Assembly (NCBI GenBank): GCA_949067325.1
Contig: CARTDZ010000001.1
Span: 4,266-68,265, forward strand
Length of the DNA stretch: 64,000 nucleotides
Reading direction: 5' to 3'
Source of the DNA: an uncultured Eubacteriales bacterium
GTDB lineage: Bacteria > Bacillota > Clostridia > Christensenellales > UBA1242
The position numbers and the translations under genes were made by a program. This document shows, piece by piece, positions 1 to 9,190 of the stretch. The notes below the pieces were generated by a model. The model did not search any database, was not told the DNA's origin, and saw nothing but the letters and a program-made list of their open reading frames with translations. The first letter of the stretch is position 1. Each line of letters starts with the position of its first letter.

Positions 1-1
1 A

Positions 2-319
2 AAGGATCTTGAAAACAATATCCTTTATGTCTCTCAAGGCGAAGATGACGAACTTTTCTCAGACGGACTTTATGCAAGTGGCTTCAACTGGATACCAGAA
101 TTGCCAGAAGAAAAAGTGTTTGACTGCCTTGCCAAATTTCGCTATCGACAACCAGACCAAAAAGTACGTGTGACAATACTTGATAAATCGCATATAAAAG
201 TTGATTTTGAAGAAAAGCAAAGAGCAATCACGCCAGGGCAGTTTGTTGTCCTTTATAAAGAAGATGGCCAATGCCTAGGCGGCGGAACGATTGATGAATA
301 TTATAAAAAGAAAAATTAA
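2..319 (+). CDS. mnmA: tRNA 2-thiouridine synthase MnmA, C-terminal fragment (5' end outside window)
   Basis: The frame is open from the window edge. [53 protein letters not shown] reads as the MnmA C-terminal barrel domain. Confidence 0.85.
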   Translation, partial: KDLENNILYVSQGEDDELFSDGLYASGFNWIPELPEEKVFDCLAKFRYRQPDQKVRVTILDKSHIKVDFEEKQRAITPGQFVVLYKEDGQCLGGGTIDEYYKKKN

Positions 320-456
320 ATTTTAAAATTTCGCTTGAAGCTTGTTCCTTCTCGCTTTCTCGATGCGTCAAAGCTTTTCCAAATGTCAAGCAACAAAAAT
401 AGATTTAAATTAATAATTTTTCAAAAAATGCCCAAACTACAACTAGGGAGGGAAAT

Positions 457-678
457 ATGATAGTAGCAAATTATATCGCACTTATTCTATTGCTCATTGG
501 CGGGCTTAACTGGGGGCTCGTGGGATTGTTTAGATTTAATCTCATTGACTGGATGTTTGGCTGGTGTCCAATCATTGCAAGAATAATCTATATCTTAGTA
601 TTGATTTCAGCAATCTATCTTATAGTGGCCGCTTGCATCGATGGCGGAATATTGTTTATGCCAAGAGCGAAAGTTTAA
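457..678 (+). CDS. DUF378-type small membrane protein
   Basis: 73 aa with two TM segments. The LIGGLNWGLVGLF motif is typical of DUF378. GGGAGGG RBS upstream. Confidence 0.7.
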   Translation: MIVANYIALILLLIGGLNWGLVGLFRFNLIDWMFGWCPIIARIIYILVLISAIYLIVAACIDGGILFMPRAKV

Positions 679-692
679 TCTTTCGCTTTTTT
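667..692 (+). terminator. rho-independent terminator
   Basis: GCGAAAG(667-673)/CTTTCGC(680-686) stem followed by T6. It overlaps the stop codon of the DUF378 gene. Confidence 0.6.
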
Positions 693-753
693 CATAATTC
701 GCTTTGAAATTCTAATAAAAGGTAGTATATTAAAAATAATAAGGAGGGGAATT

Positions 754-1230
754 ATGAATAATCAACTTTTATCAATGCAAGAATTTCTTGAAAAGAAGGC
801 AAAGTTCGCCTATGAAAAATTTAAAAAAGGCGAAAATTATATAACAATTTATTGTTTAGTTCAAAATGGTGACAAATTTGCTATAAAGTCTGTAAAAAGC
901 TTTGCGGGTGATAAAAGATATTTTTCACTTGCTAAAAATGAGTTTGTAGAAAATGAAAATATAGAACAAGTCGCACTTAAAACTATAAAAGAAGAATTGG
1001 GTTTAGAAGCTTCTTTCTCTCAAGAAATTTGCACAAAAAAATATAAACTCAAAATGAGCTATCTCTCTGAAACTTTTGAAGTGTCAGCTGTTGATTTTTA
1101 TGTGCTTTGCAAATATCACAAAAAATTAACACAAAGCATAGACAAAGCAGAACTAAGCCTTGATGAAATGCTGAAGGAAATCGCTCTTCCGCTTGAAGTG
1201 AAAAATTTTTTGCTCAATCAAAGCATTTAA
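754..1230 (+). CDS. hypothetical protein (possibly a degenerate Nudix-like fold)
   Basis: 158-aa ORF with an AAGGAGGGG RBS. The segment QVALKTIKEELGLEA resembles only the second half of a Nudix box; the G-x5-E and RE residues are missing. Confidence 0.5.
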   Translation: MNNQLLSMQEFLEKKAKFAYEKFKKGENYITIYCLVQNGDKFAIKSVKSFAGDKRYFSLAKNEFVENENIEQVALKTIKEELGLEASFSQEICTKKYKLKMSYLSETFEVSAVDFYVLCKYHKKLTQSIDKAELSLDEMLKEIALPLEVKNFLLNQSI

Positions 1231-1263
1231 TTTAAAATATGAAATTTTAATATAAAAAAACTA

Positions 1264-1292
1264 TTGACAAATCTAAATAGGGCATTTATAAT
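1264..1292 (+). promoter_or_regulatory. consensus sigma-A promoter
   Basis: TTGACA(1264-1269), 17-bp spacer, TATAAT(1287-1292), upstream of the 96-aa ORF. Confidence 0.55.
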
Positions 1293-1315
1293 AAAAAAAC
1301 GTAGGAGGAACAAAA

Positions 1316-1606
1316 ATGGAAGATAAAAACTTGCTTATGGAACGTTACCACAAACTTAGAGAAACTATGAAAGATATTCCAGAATACTGGAAGTCAAAAG
1401 AAATGTTTTCAATTTTCGAAGGCGCTTATATAAGCGAAAAAGGCAACACCCTTATTTTCAATGAACAATTTTTAGATGATCTCAATCTAATCAATAAAAA
1501 TCTTACACGCATTGAAAATAGGGTTGAAAAAGAACTGAGAGGTATTTGCAGAGCGGCTGTTAGCAGCACTGGCGTAACAGCAAATGGTATTGAAAACCAA
1601 CAATAG
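1316..1606 (+). CDS. hypothetical protein
   Basis: 96-aa ORF with an AGGAGG RBS, a consensus promoter upstream, and a hairpin plus T-run downstream (about 1617-1650). No family recognised. Confidence 0.6.
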   Translation: MEDKNLLMERYHKLRETMKDIPEYWKSKEMFSIFEGAYISEKGNTLIFNEQFLDDLNLINKNLTRIENRVEKELRGICRAAVSSTGVTANGIENQQ

Positions 1607-1668
1607 CAAAAAAATAAAAAGAGGCAAATTTACTTGCTTCTTTTTTTTGTTTTAGGTATAATAAAAAC

Positions 1669-2592
1669 ATGAAAGATTGTATTTTTTGCCAAATAATCAA
1701 AGGTGAAATTCCTAGCTACAAAATTTACGAAGACGAGTTTTCGCTTGCCTTTCTCGATATTTCAAATGACGCAAATGGCCACACCCTTGTTATACCAAAA
1801 AAGCATGTCACAAATGTTCTTGACGCTGATGATCAAACTTTGTCAAAGGTTATGCAAACCATCAAAAAAATTTCAAAGCACTATGTTGAAAATTGTGGGT
1901 TTGACGGTATGAATGTTTGCAACTGCAGTGGAGAGGCGGCTGAGCAGAGCGTTTTTCATCTCCATTTTCATATTATTCCAAGAAAGAAAGGTGACAATAT
2001 AAAAGCCTTTCCTTCTTTGCCAAAGAACAGCGAAAGTCTTGAAGAAATCTGTGAAAAGCTCAGAATAAAAGAAGAAGAGAGTAAAAAAGAAGAGGGTAAA
2101 AAAGAAGAGATAAAAGAAGAAGAGATTAAAGAAATTGACTTTAAAGATAACTCTAAAAATGTTGTTTTATATACTGACGGAGCTTGCTCTGGCAACCCTG
2201 GCATAGGCGGCTGGGGAGCAATCCTTCGCTGCAACGGTCGTGAGAAAGTCCTTTCTGGCGGAGAGGAGATGACTACAAACAACAAAATGGAGCTAATGGC
2301 AGTTATTCGCGGACTTGAGATAATAAAAGAGCCTTGCAAGGTTGATGTCTACAGCGACTCGGCTTATGTGGTCAATGCCTTCTTGCAAGACTGGATAGGC
2401 TCTTGGCAAAAGACCAATTTCAAAAATGGAACAGTTTTAAATATCGACCTTTGGAAACGTCTTAGCGCTCAAACTGAACGTCATGAGGTGACTTGGCATA
2501 AAGTCAAAGGCCACGCTGATAACGAACTCAACAATCGCTGCGACCAAATCGCTCGCGATGAAATAGCAAAAATAAAAGCCACACAAATTTAG
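1669..2592 (+). CDS. HIT-family nucleotide hydrolase fused to RNase HI
   Basis: N-terminal CIFCQII...HLHFHIIPR is a histidine triad (HxHxHxx). An EEESKKEEGKKEEIKEEEIKE linker follows. The C-terminal part carries RNase HI motifs LYTDGAC, NNKMELMA, YSDSAYV and KGHADNELNNRCDQIA (DEDD). It is one uninterrupted ORF. Confidence 0.85.
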   Translation: MKDCIFCQIIKGEIPSYKIYEDEFSLAFLDISNDANGHTLVIPKKHVTNVLDADDQTLSKVMQTIKKISKHYVENCGFDGMNVCNCSGEAAEQSVFHLHFHIIPRKKGDNIKAFPSLPKNSESLEEICEKLRIKEEESKKEEGKKEEIKEEEIKEIDFKDNSKNVVLYTDGACSGNPGIGGWGAILRCNGREKVLSGGEEMTTNNKMELMAVIRGLEIIKEPCKVDVYSDSAYVVNAFLQDWIGSWQKTNFKNGTVLNIDLWKRLSAQTERHEVTWHKVKGHADNELNNRCDQIARDEIAKIKATQI

Positions 2593-2603
2593 TGGCTTTT
2601 TTT
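2575..2603 (+). terminator. rho-independent terminator
   Basis: GCCAC(2578-2582)/GTGGC(2592-2596) stem followed by T7. It overlaps the stop codon. Confidence 0.55.
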
Positions 2604-2740
2604 AGTAAAAAACTTTCAACGTCTTTCAAAATCTTTCTATAAACTTTCAACAAATTTTTATAAAACACTCAATAAAACACTCAATAAAACTTTCAATAAA
2701 AACCCAAAAAAGTTATTCAAAAAAAGCTTTCAAAAAAATG

Positions 2741-3301
2741 TTAGTTGATGTTTATAAGGTTGTTAAATATGTTTTCATAAATGCTTGGGGCTTGGCTCTT
2801 CCATTTGTGAATAGCCTCGTTGGCACTTTGCCTTGAAGGCGCTTTTATCCTAAGCTCAAACATAGGTGTAGTTATAAGCGGCTCATAAATCTGCAAAATG
2901 ACATTATATGATCCATCATCATTTTTGGTGTAAGTGGCTGAGTATTCCTGTGACGACTTGACGGTGAGTCGGTTTGCTTTCAAATACTGAGAAATCTCTT
3001 CACGCGACGCAAGAGGGATACGTCTGTACAAATTTGACAAACATTCTCGTCCTTCATAAGAAATGTTGAAAAGCACCTTGCCTTGCTCTTCATTGCCAAT
3101 CCTATAAAGCAAATTCGACTCAACAAGGTTGTGAATAATAGCCTTGCAATCCATATAATTTTTTATCCAAGTGTTTTTGACAGAACAAATGTCAAGAATG
3201 GAATCTTCTGTCAAAGGTATCTCCATCTTGTCAATCACAAAAAGCATGATAAGTTTGTCAAGAACCACTTGTTCCTGCTCAGAAAGTATATTATTGCTCA
3301 T
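2741..3301 (-). CDS. DUF4364 family protein (putative regulator)
   Basis: MSNNILSEQEQVVLDKLIMLFVIDKMEIPLTEDSILDI...ESNLLYRI matches the DUF4364 N-terminal winged-helix-like pattern. The ORF extends to 3361, with alternative starts at 3319 and 3361. 3301 is preferred because a TTGCAA-17-TAAAAT promoter lies inside the longer versions. Confidence 0.65.
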   Translation of the reverse strand: MSNNILSEQEQVVLDKLIMLFVIDKMEIPLTEDSILDICSVKNTWIKNYMDCKAIIHNLVESNLLYRIGNEEQGKVLFNISYEGRECLSNLYRRIPLASREEISQYLKANRLTVKSSQEYSATYTKNDDGSYNVILQIYEPLITTPMFELRIKAPSRQSANEAIHKWKSQAPSIYENIFNNLININ

Positions 3302-3417
3302 TTCGATATATTTTAACATCTTTTTTCTAATCTTGCAAATTTTTTTAAGTCGACAACGCAATTTTGTTTGTTTTTTTGATAGTTTATGCTAAAATTAAGC
3401 AAAAGGAGTATTTCCAA

Positions 3418-4182
3418 ATGCAAAATCAAGAAATTCAAAGCTTTTTAGACTGCTGCGACGAACTTGCTTCATGCAAATTTTTAATAGCTGAACATAAAAT
3501 ACAAAAACTGCTCGCAACTCTTGCTTCAACTTCACCAGTATGTGAGCTTGTGGCAGATTGCCTTGAGCAATTCAATCGTGACCGCGAATTTATGCGCGCC
3601 TTTGTGCAAGATGAACGTGGTGTTTTTCATTGCTATATGCCAGATGAAGAATACAAAGTTATCTCTATAGTTTTTTGCGTACTGGCAGATGTAGATGCTG
3701 GCAAACTTGACTTTGGTGATTTTGTAAAAAGATTTTTCAGTGATGATGATCAAATGTCTCCATATGAAAATTTTGTAGACAAAATGGTTATTCCATTCAA
3801 AAATCTTATCAAAGAAGCTTTTGACTATGAAGAGGATAAGCAGGAAGACAAGAACGAAGAAAATTCAAACATCGTCCGCTTTCCAATCTATCGCCGTCCA
3901 GTGACTGAAGAGGGGCTTGGCAAAGTTTGCCATGATATTCAATCGCTCACAACTCAGATTTTGTCAGAACTCGATTCTTCACGCAAAAATGATAGTTATG
4001 TTGAAGAACTCAAAGCAATCTGCTATGCACTCGTTATGGGCTGCTCAGACAAAGACCTCGATATGATTTATGGCCTTGCTTTGGGTATGAAATATGCAAG
4101 CCGCAATTTCAAACCTATCAAATTTTTGGTAAGAGAAATAGTAGAAATCGTTTGTGAACTTTATGAAAATAATGACGACTAA
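3418..4182 (+). CDS. hypothetical Cys-rich acidic protein
   Basis: ATG at 3418 is preceded by an AAAGGAG RBS (the ORF track starts at 3364). No family recognised. Its stop codon overlaps the stop of the convergent ylbJ-like gene by 4 nt. Confidence 0.6.
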   Translation: MQNQEIQSFLDCCDELASCKFLIAEHKIQKLLATLASTSPVCELVADCLEQFNRDREFMRAFVQDERGVFHCYMPDEEYKVISIVFCVLADVDAGKLDFGDFVKRFFSDDDQMSPYENFVDKMVIPFKNLIKEAFDYEEDKQEDKNEENSNIVRFPIYRRPVTEEGLGKVCHDIQSLTTQILSELDSSRKNDSYVEELKAICYALVMGCSDKDLDMIYGLALGMKYASRNFKPIKFLVREIVEIVCELYENNDD

Positions 4183-5096
4183 AGTATGAGAACAAATAGA
4201 AAGGCAACAACGCAAGAAATGACAGCCTGAGTAAACTTTTGCAGTGCAAAAAGAAAGGCTGGCATTTTTATTTTGTCAAGCATGGTCAAAGATTGCAAGA
4301 TGGTAGAAATTCCACCAAAACTGATCACAAATGTAGAAGCAACTATCGCAAATCTTGATGAAAAAACAGTGGCAATGTCCATGCAGCCTTTTGTTATCTC
4401 AATCAACCCTTCACAAAGGGCAGCGACTGGGGCGGGCAAGAAAGCCAGCAGTGGCGCCATCGCCTTTATCACCACAAAAAATATAGCTATAATCACACCC
4501 ACAGACAAAATGCTTGCCGCCGAGTCGCTGACAATTTGCCCCAAATCAGCTTTTCTACTCAAATCAACCCTTGGCTCTGCTTCAATCTCTTTCGCTTTCA
4601 TCTTGCGATACAAAAATCCGTTCAAAAAAGCACCAATAATGTGTGACACGAAAATGATATATCCAGCGATAGCTCCATGCAGCATTCCAACTCCAACAGC
4701 GCCAATAATAAACATCGGGCCAGATGTCGAGCAAAAACTGCTCATTCTGAAAGCTTCACTTCGCGTTATCTTGCCGCTCAAATAAAGATCGGCAGTCATC
4801 TTTGCGCCAACAGGATAACCAGAAATGATACTCATAAAAAAAACATAACTTGCAACAGCTGGTGCTTTAAAAAACTTTTGCATAGGCCTTGAAAAAATTT
4901 TGCTGGCCTTTTCAATTCCGCCAAGCTCAGACAAAATTTTGGTGAAAAATATAAAGGGCAGAATAGCAGGCAAAACGTTAAAGGCCCAAGCAGATACGCC
5001 ATTCAAAGTTTCTTTGATATAAACGTCAGGAAAAATCACCATGTTTATAATGATGAATAGAATAAAAACAGTGAGAAAGGCCTTGTATTTTTTCAA
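4179..5096 (-). CDS. nucleoside-recognition (Gate) domain membrane protein, YlbJ-like sporulation membrane protein
   Basis: 305 aa and polytopic. The N-terminus ...LNGVSAWAFNVLPAILPFIFFTKILSELGG is typical of the YlbJ/SpmA-type Gate domain. It is shorter than B. subtilis YlbJ. Confidence 0.55.
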   Translation of the reverse strand: MKKYKAFLTVFILFIIINMVIFPDVYIKETLNGVSAWAFNVLPAILPFIFFTKILSELGGIEKASKIFSRPMQKFFKAPAVASYVFFMSIISGYPVGAKMTADLYLSGKITRSEAFRMSSFCSTSGPMFIIGAVGVGMLHGAIAGYIIFVSHIIGAFLNGFLYRKMKAKEIEAEPRVDLSRKADLGQIVSDSAASILSVGVIIAIFFVVIKAMAPLLAFLPAPVAALCEGLIEITKGCMDIATVFSSRFAIVASTFVISFGGISTILQSLTMLDKIKMPAFLFALQKFTQAVISCVVAFLFVLIL

Positions 5097-5113
5097 AAAT
5101 CACTCCAATATGT

Positions 5114-5143
5114 TTGACAAAATATTCAAAGAAAAGTTATAAT
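5114..5143 (+). promoter_or_regulatory. sigma-A type promoter of pta-ackA
   Basis: TTGACA(5114-5119), 18-bp spacer, TATAAT(5138-5143). Confidence 0.5.
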
Positions 5144-5215
5144 AAAAATGTTTTTAAGAAAACAAAGTTTTCCTTAAAATTCTATGAAAAAATTTTTAAT
5201 TTAAGAAGGTAATTT

Positions 5216-6190
5216 ATGAAAATAAATCAAATATATAAAAAGGCAAAAGCCCTTCAAAAAACAATAGTTTTTCCAGAAGCAGCCTTTAGTGATAGAACGC
5301 AACAAGCAGTCAAAATAATAAAAAATAAAAAGCTCGCAAAGGTTATCCTCGTAGGAGATGAAAGCGCAATAATCTTGCGCGACAAAGAGTTTGCAAACTT
5401 TACAATTTATAACCCTCAAACCTTTGAGCATAAGGACATTTTGGCTAAAACTCTTTATGAAAAAAGAAAGGCAAAAGGCATGACGCTCGAAGAAGCTCAA
5501 AAGCTAGTTCTTGATCCTTACTATTTCGCAACTCTTCTTGTTGAAGCAGGCTTCGCAGACGGTATGGTGGCAGGCGCTGAAGCTTCAACTGCAAACACAG
5601 TCAAGCCAGCTCTTCAAATTATAAAAGCCAAAAAGAAGGGCGGAGTGGTGTCTTCATGCTTCCTCGTTTACGGCAAAAACAAGTTTCTTAAAGACAAAAA
5701 CCTTGTCATCGCTGACTGCGGCGTGCTTCCAAATCCAAACGCTGACGAGCTTGCCCAAATCGCTTACGACGCCACTATGACTTATCAAAGTCTCGGCCTC
5801 AAAAATCCAAAAGTGGCATTCCTTTCATACTCAACGCACGGTAGCGCAAACGGCGAAGTTATCGAAAAAGTGCGCGAAGCGTATAAAATTTTCAAAAAAA
5901 CAGGAATTTGCTGCGATGGCGAAATCCAGTTTGACGCAGCTATGGTTAAACGCGTGGCTGATCAAAAATGTCCAGACAGCCCACTTGAAGGCGACGCAAA
6001 TATTCTCATCTTTCCAGATTTGAATGCAGGCAATATTTGCTATAAAACAATTCAATACATCGGCGGACTTAACGCAATCGGCCCAATCTTGCAGGGGCTA
6101 AACAAGCCAGTAAATGATCTTTCAAGAGGTTGCAGCGTTGAAGACATTGTGACAATCACTGCAGTGACCGCATTGCAAGCTCAACAATAA
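5216..6190 (+). CDS. pta: phosphate acetyltransferase
   Basis: 324-aa PTA_PTB family protein (...GMVAGAEASTANTVKPALQII..., ...SRGCSVEDIV...) directly upstream of ackA. Confidence 0.85.
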   Translation: MKINQIYKKAKALQKTIVFPEAAFSDRTQQAVKIIKNKKLAKVILVGDESAIILRDKEFANFTIYNPQTFEHKDILAKTLYEKRKAKGMTLEEAQKLVLDPYYFATLLVEAGFADGMVAGAEASTANTVKPALQIIKAKKKGGVVSSCFLVYGKNKFLKDKNLVIADCGVLPNPNADELAQIAYDATMTYQSLGLKNPKVAFLSYSTHGSANGEVIEKVREAYKIFKKTGICCDGEIQFDAAMVKRVADQKCPDSPLEGDANILIFPDLNAGNICYKTIQYIGGLNAIGPILQGLNKPVNDLSRGCSVEDIVTITAVTALQAQQ

Positions 6191-6217
6191 CATAGAAAAA
6201 ATTTTAGGAGGAATAGT

Positions 6218-7462
6218 ATGAAAAAGAAAAAGGAAATCGAAGTTAAAGAAGAAAAAAGCATGAAGATTTTGGTTATCAATGCAGGCAGTTCTTCACTTAA
6301 ATATCAACTTTTTGATATGAACGGCGAAAAGGTTGTCGCAAAAGGCAACTGCGAAAAAATAGGCCTCGAAGGCTCTTTCTTAAGCTACAAAACAGAAAAA
6401 GCAAACAAAAAAGTGGAAGTAAATATGAAAGACCATACTGCAGCACTCAAAGCAGTATTAAAGCTTCTTACTGACAAAAACGACGGCGTGCTTTCTTCTC
6501 TTGAAGAAATCTCAGCAGTAGGTCATAGAGTAGTGCAAGGCGGCTGGATCTTTGACAAATCAGTAGTGGTTGACGACAAAGTTCTCAAGGACCTTCAAAC
6601 ACTTAGCGACCTTTCACCACTCCATGCGTCAGCAAACCTTGCAGGTATCAAAGGCTGCCGCAAAGTAATGCCAAATGTACCTCATGTGCTTGTGTTTGAC
6701 ACCTCTTTCCACGCTTCTATGCCAGAAAAAGCTTTCATGTATGCTATCAAATATGAAGATTATGAAAAATACCACGTTCGCAAATATGGCTTTCATGGCA
6801 CAAGCCACCGCTTCGTAACAGGCGAAACAGCAAAACTTCTTGGCAAAAAACCAGAAGATGTCAACCTCATCGTACTCCACCTTGGCAATGGCTCTTCAAT
6901 CACAGCTGTTCAAAACGGCAAAAGTGTTGATACAACTATGGGTCTTACGCCACTTGAGGGCTTGATGATGGGAACTCGCTCTGGCGACCTCGACCCAACG
7001 GTTGTGACATACCTTGCAAACAAGAAAAAAATGACCGCTGACGAAGTTTTAAATTACCTCAACAAAGAAAGTGGCATCTACGGCATAAGCGGAGTTTCAA
7101 GCGATATGCGTGAGGTCAATGCTGAAATTGCAAAGGGCAACAAACGTGCCAGACTTGCTCTTGATATGCTCATCTATAGAGTAAGAAAATATGTCGGTGC
7201 ATATATGTTCGCTCTCGGCAGGGTGGACGCTATTGTCTTCACTGGCGGCCTTGGAGAAAACCAAGAGGATCTTCGCGAAGGTGTTCTAGACGGCCTAGAA
7301 AGCTATGGTATTGTGATCGACAAGAAAAAGAATCTTACTCTTCCACGCGGAACAGTAGAACAAATCAGCACAAAAAAATCAAAAGTAAAAGTTTTCAGAG
7401 TTCCAACTGATGAAGAACTTTTGATCGCAAGAGACACAAAAGAATTGGTTTTAAAAAAATAG
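6218..7462 (+). CDS. ackA: acetate kinase
   Basis: ILVINAGSSSLKYQLF, FHGTSH and the C-terminal VPTDEELLIARD are present. An AGGAGG RBS precedes 6218. A short Lys-rich N-terminal extension precedes an alternative ATG at 6260. Confidence 0.9.
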   Translation: MKKKKEIEVKEEKSMKILVINAGSSSLKYQLFDMNGEKVVAKGNCEKIGLEGSFLSYKTEKANKKVEVNMKDHTAALKAVLKLLTDKNDGVLSSLEEISAVGHRVVQGGWIFDKSVVVDDKVLKDLQTLSDLSPLHASANLAGIKGCRKVMPNVPHVLVFDTSFHASMPEKAFMYAIKYEDYEKYHVRKYGFHGTSHRFVTGETAKLLGKKPEDVNLIVLHLGNGSSITAVQNGKSVDTTMGLTPLEGLMMGTRSGDLDPTVVTYLANKKKMTADEVLNYLNKESGIYGISGVSSDMREVNAEIAKGNKRARLALDMLIYRVRKYVGAYMFALGRVDAIVFTGGLGENQEDLREGVLDGLESYGIVIDKKKNLTLPRGTVEQISTKKSKVKVFRVPTDEELLIARDTKELVLKK

Positions 7463-7535
7463 TCAAAAACACTTGACAAAAGCCTATAAAAACCATTATA
7501 CTTAAAAAGCAAGAATTTAAAGGAGGAAGACGAAA

Positions 7536-7727
7536 ATGGCAGTTCCAAAGGGGAAAGTTTCAAAAGCAAGAAGAAATTCAAGAAATTCAGCAAACTTTAA
7601 GGCAACAGCTCCAACACTTGTTGAATGTCCAAAATGTCACGAAATGAAAAAGCCTCACACAGTTTGTGCTAAATGTGGCACTTACAAAGGCCAAACAGTG
7701 ATTGAAAAAGAAAAAGCAGCAAAATAA
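7536..7727 (+). CDS. rpmF: 50S ribosomal protein L32 (Cys4 zinc-ribbon form)
   Basis: MAVPKGKVSKARRNSR...CPKCHEMKKPHTVCAKCG. Confidence 0.9.
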   Translation: MAVPKGKVSKARRNSRNSANFKATAPTLVECPKCHEMKKPHTVCAKCGTYKGQTVIEKEKAAK

Positions 7728-7794
7728 GCAAAAATATTTAGAAATTTGTTTCTCGTTGTTTGCAAAATATTTGCGACAATTTTCGCAAAAATCA

Positions 7795-7824
7795 AGCTTT
7801 CACACAATTTGTGAAGGCTTTTTT
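7795..7824 (+). terminator. rho-independent terminator after rpmF
   Basis: 10-bp stem AGCTTTCACA/TGTGAAGGCT with one G-U pair and a 5-nt loop, followed by T6. Confidence 0.65.
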
Positions 7825-8087
7825 AGTGCAATTTTTTGCATACTAGCCAAATATGTAGTGGTATGTCTGACATAATAGATACAAGATGTAGTATTTGGCA
7901 TCAAAACTCATTTTTTTAGTGAAAAGGCGAAAATCCTTTGTATTTTAAAGCTAAATTTGCTATTATATAAATATAAAAATTGATATACCAAATACAAAAG
8001 GTGGATTGATTTTTTACACAAAAGATTTTTGAAAATTTGACTTCATAAAAAAATAATAAAAAATTGGAGTAAGACTGGGAGTAAGAA

Positions 8088-9188
8088 ATGAAAATAGTAG
8101 TTGACGCTTTTGGAGGGGATAACGCTCCACTTGAAATAGTTGAAGGTTGCCTTATGGCACTAGACAAGCACAAAGACCTTGAACTTGTTTTGTGTGGTGA
8201 CGAAGGCAAGATAAATGAAATATTGAAAGACAAAAAAGGTTGGCAGGGACGAATTGAGATTTCTCATGCAAGCGACGTTATTTCAAATAGCGATCACCCA
8301 ACAGAGGCAATCAGAAAGAAAAAAGACAGTTCTCTTGTTCGAGCTTTTGACATTTTGAAAGATCGCGAAGATGTCATTGGTCTTGTCAGTGCTGGCAGCA
8401 CAGGAGCTGTGCTTGCTGGTGCAATTATGAAAATCGGCCGCATAAAAGGTATTTCACGTCCAGCTCTAGCACCAATTCTTCCAACAAAAAAGGAGAGCGA
8501 CGTCATCATAATCGACAGTGGCGCAAATGTCGACTGCAAACCTATCAATCTCCTTCACTTTGCGCTTATGGGTTCGTCTTATTATTCAATCATTTACAAC
8601 AAACCATCGCCACGCGTAGCCCTTCTCAACAATGGCTCTGAAGAAGGCAAGGGCAATGAGCTTGCAAAGGAAAGTTTTTCTCTTCTCAAATCAGCACCAA
8701 TAAACTTTATCGGCAACAAGGAAGGCGGTGACTTCATGAGCGGCGATGTTGACGTTATGGTGGCTGACGGATTTGCAGGAAATGCTCTCCTAAAAGGCAC
8801 TGAAGGCGCTGTGGGCGCAGTCGTTTCAATCCTCAAAAAAAGCATAAAATCACATTTCCTCAGCATGCTTGGCGCTATCTTTATGAAGAAAACGCTTAAA
8901 GAACTTAAAAACCGCATTGATATTTTAAGCAAACATGGTGGCAGTCCACTTCTTGGCTGCAAAAAACTGGTGGTGAAAAATCATGGCTCATGCAAGAGAT
9001 TAAATATAGCCTCTTCCATCGACCAAACAATTCTGCTTCACCAAAAACAACTCAACAAAAAAATTGAAGAAGCTTTAAGCACTCTTTCTTCAAGTGAAGA
9101 GGAAGGCACAAACAATGCAATCGCTTCTCAAAAAACACAAAACATGGCAAAAAAAAGTGACAACAAAGAGAGTGCAAGAGGGGAATAA
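8088..9188 (+). CDS. plsX: phosphate acyltransferase PlsX
   Basis: MKIVVDAFGGDNAP...VSAGSTGA... It carries a C-terminal hydrophilic extension of about 40 aa. Confidence 0.9.
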   Translation: MKIVVDAFGGDNAPLEIVEGCLMALDKHKDLELVLCGDEGKINEILKDKKGWQGRIEISHASDVISNSDHPTEAIRKKKDSSLVRAFDILKDREDVIGLVSAGSTGAVLAGAIMKIGRIKGISRPALAPILPTKKESDVIIIDSGANVDCKPINLLHFALMGSSYYSIIYNKPSPRVALLNNGSEEGKGNELAKESFSLLKSAPINFIGNKEGGDFMSGDVDVMVADGFAGNALLKGTEGAVGAVVSILKKSIKSHFLSMLGAIFMKKTLKELKNRIDILSKHGGSPLLGCKKLVVKNHGSCKRLNIASSIDQTILLHQKQLNKKIEEALSTLSSSEEEGTNNAIASQKTQNMAKKSDNKESARGE

Positions 9189-9190
9189 CT

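Noticed and set aside
754-1230. Calling the 158-aa protein a Nudix hydrolase.
   Set aside because: Only …IKEELGLEA resembles the box. The G-x5-E start and the RE dyad are missing, so the enzymatic assignment is not supportable from sequence reading alone.
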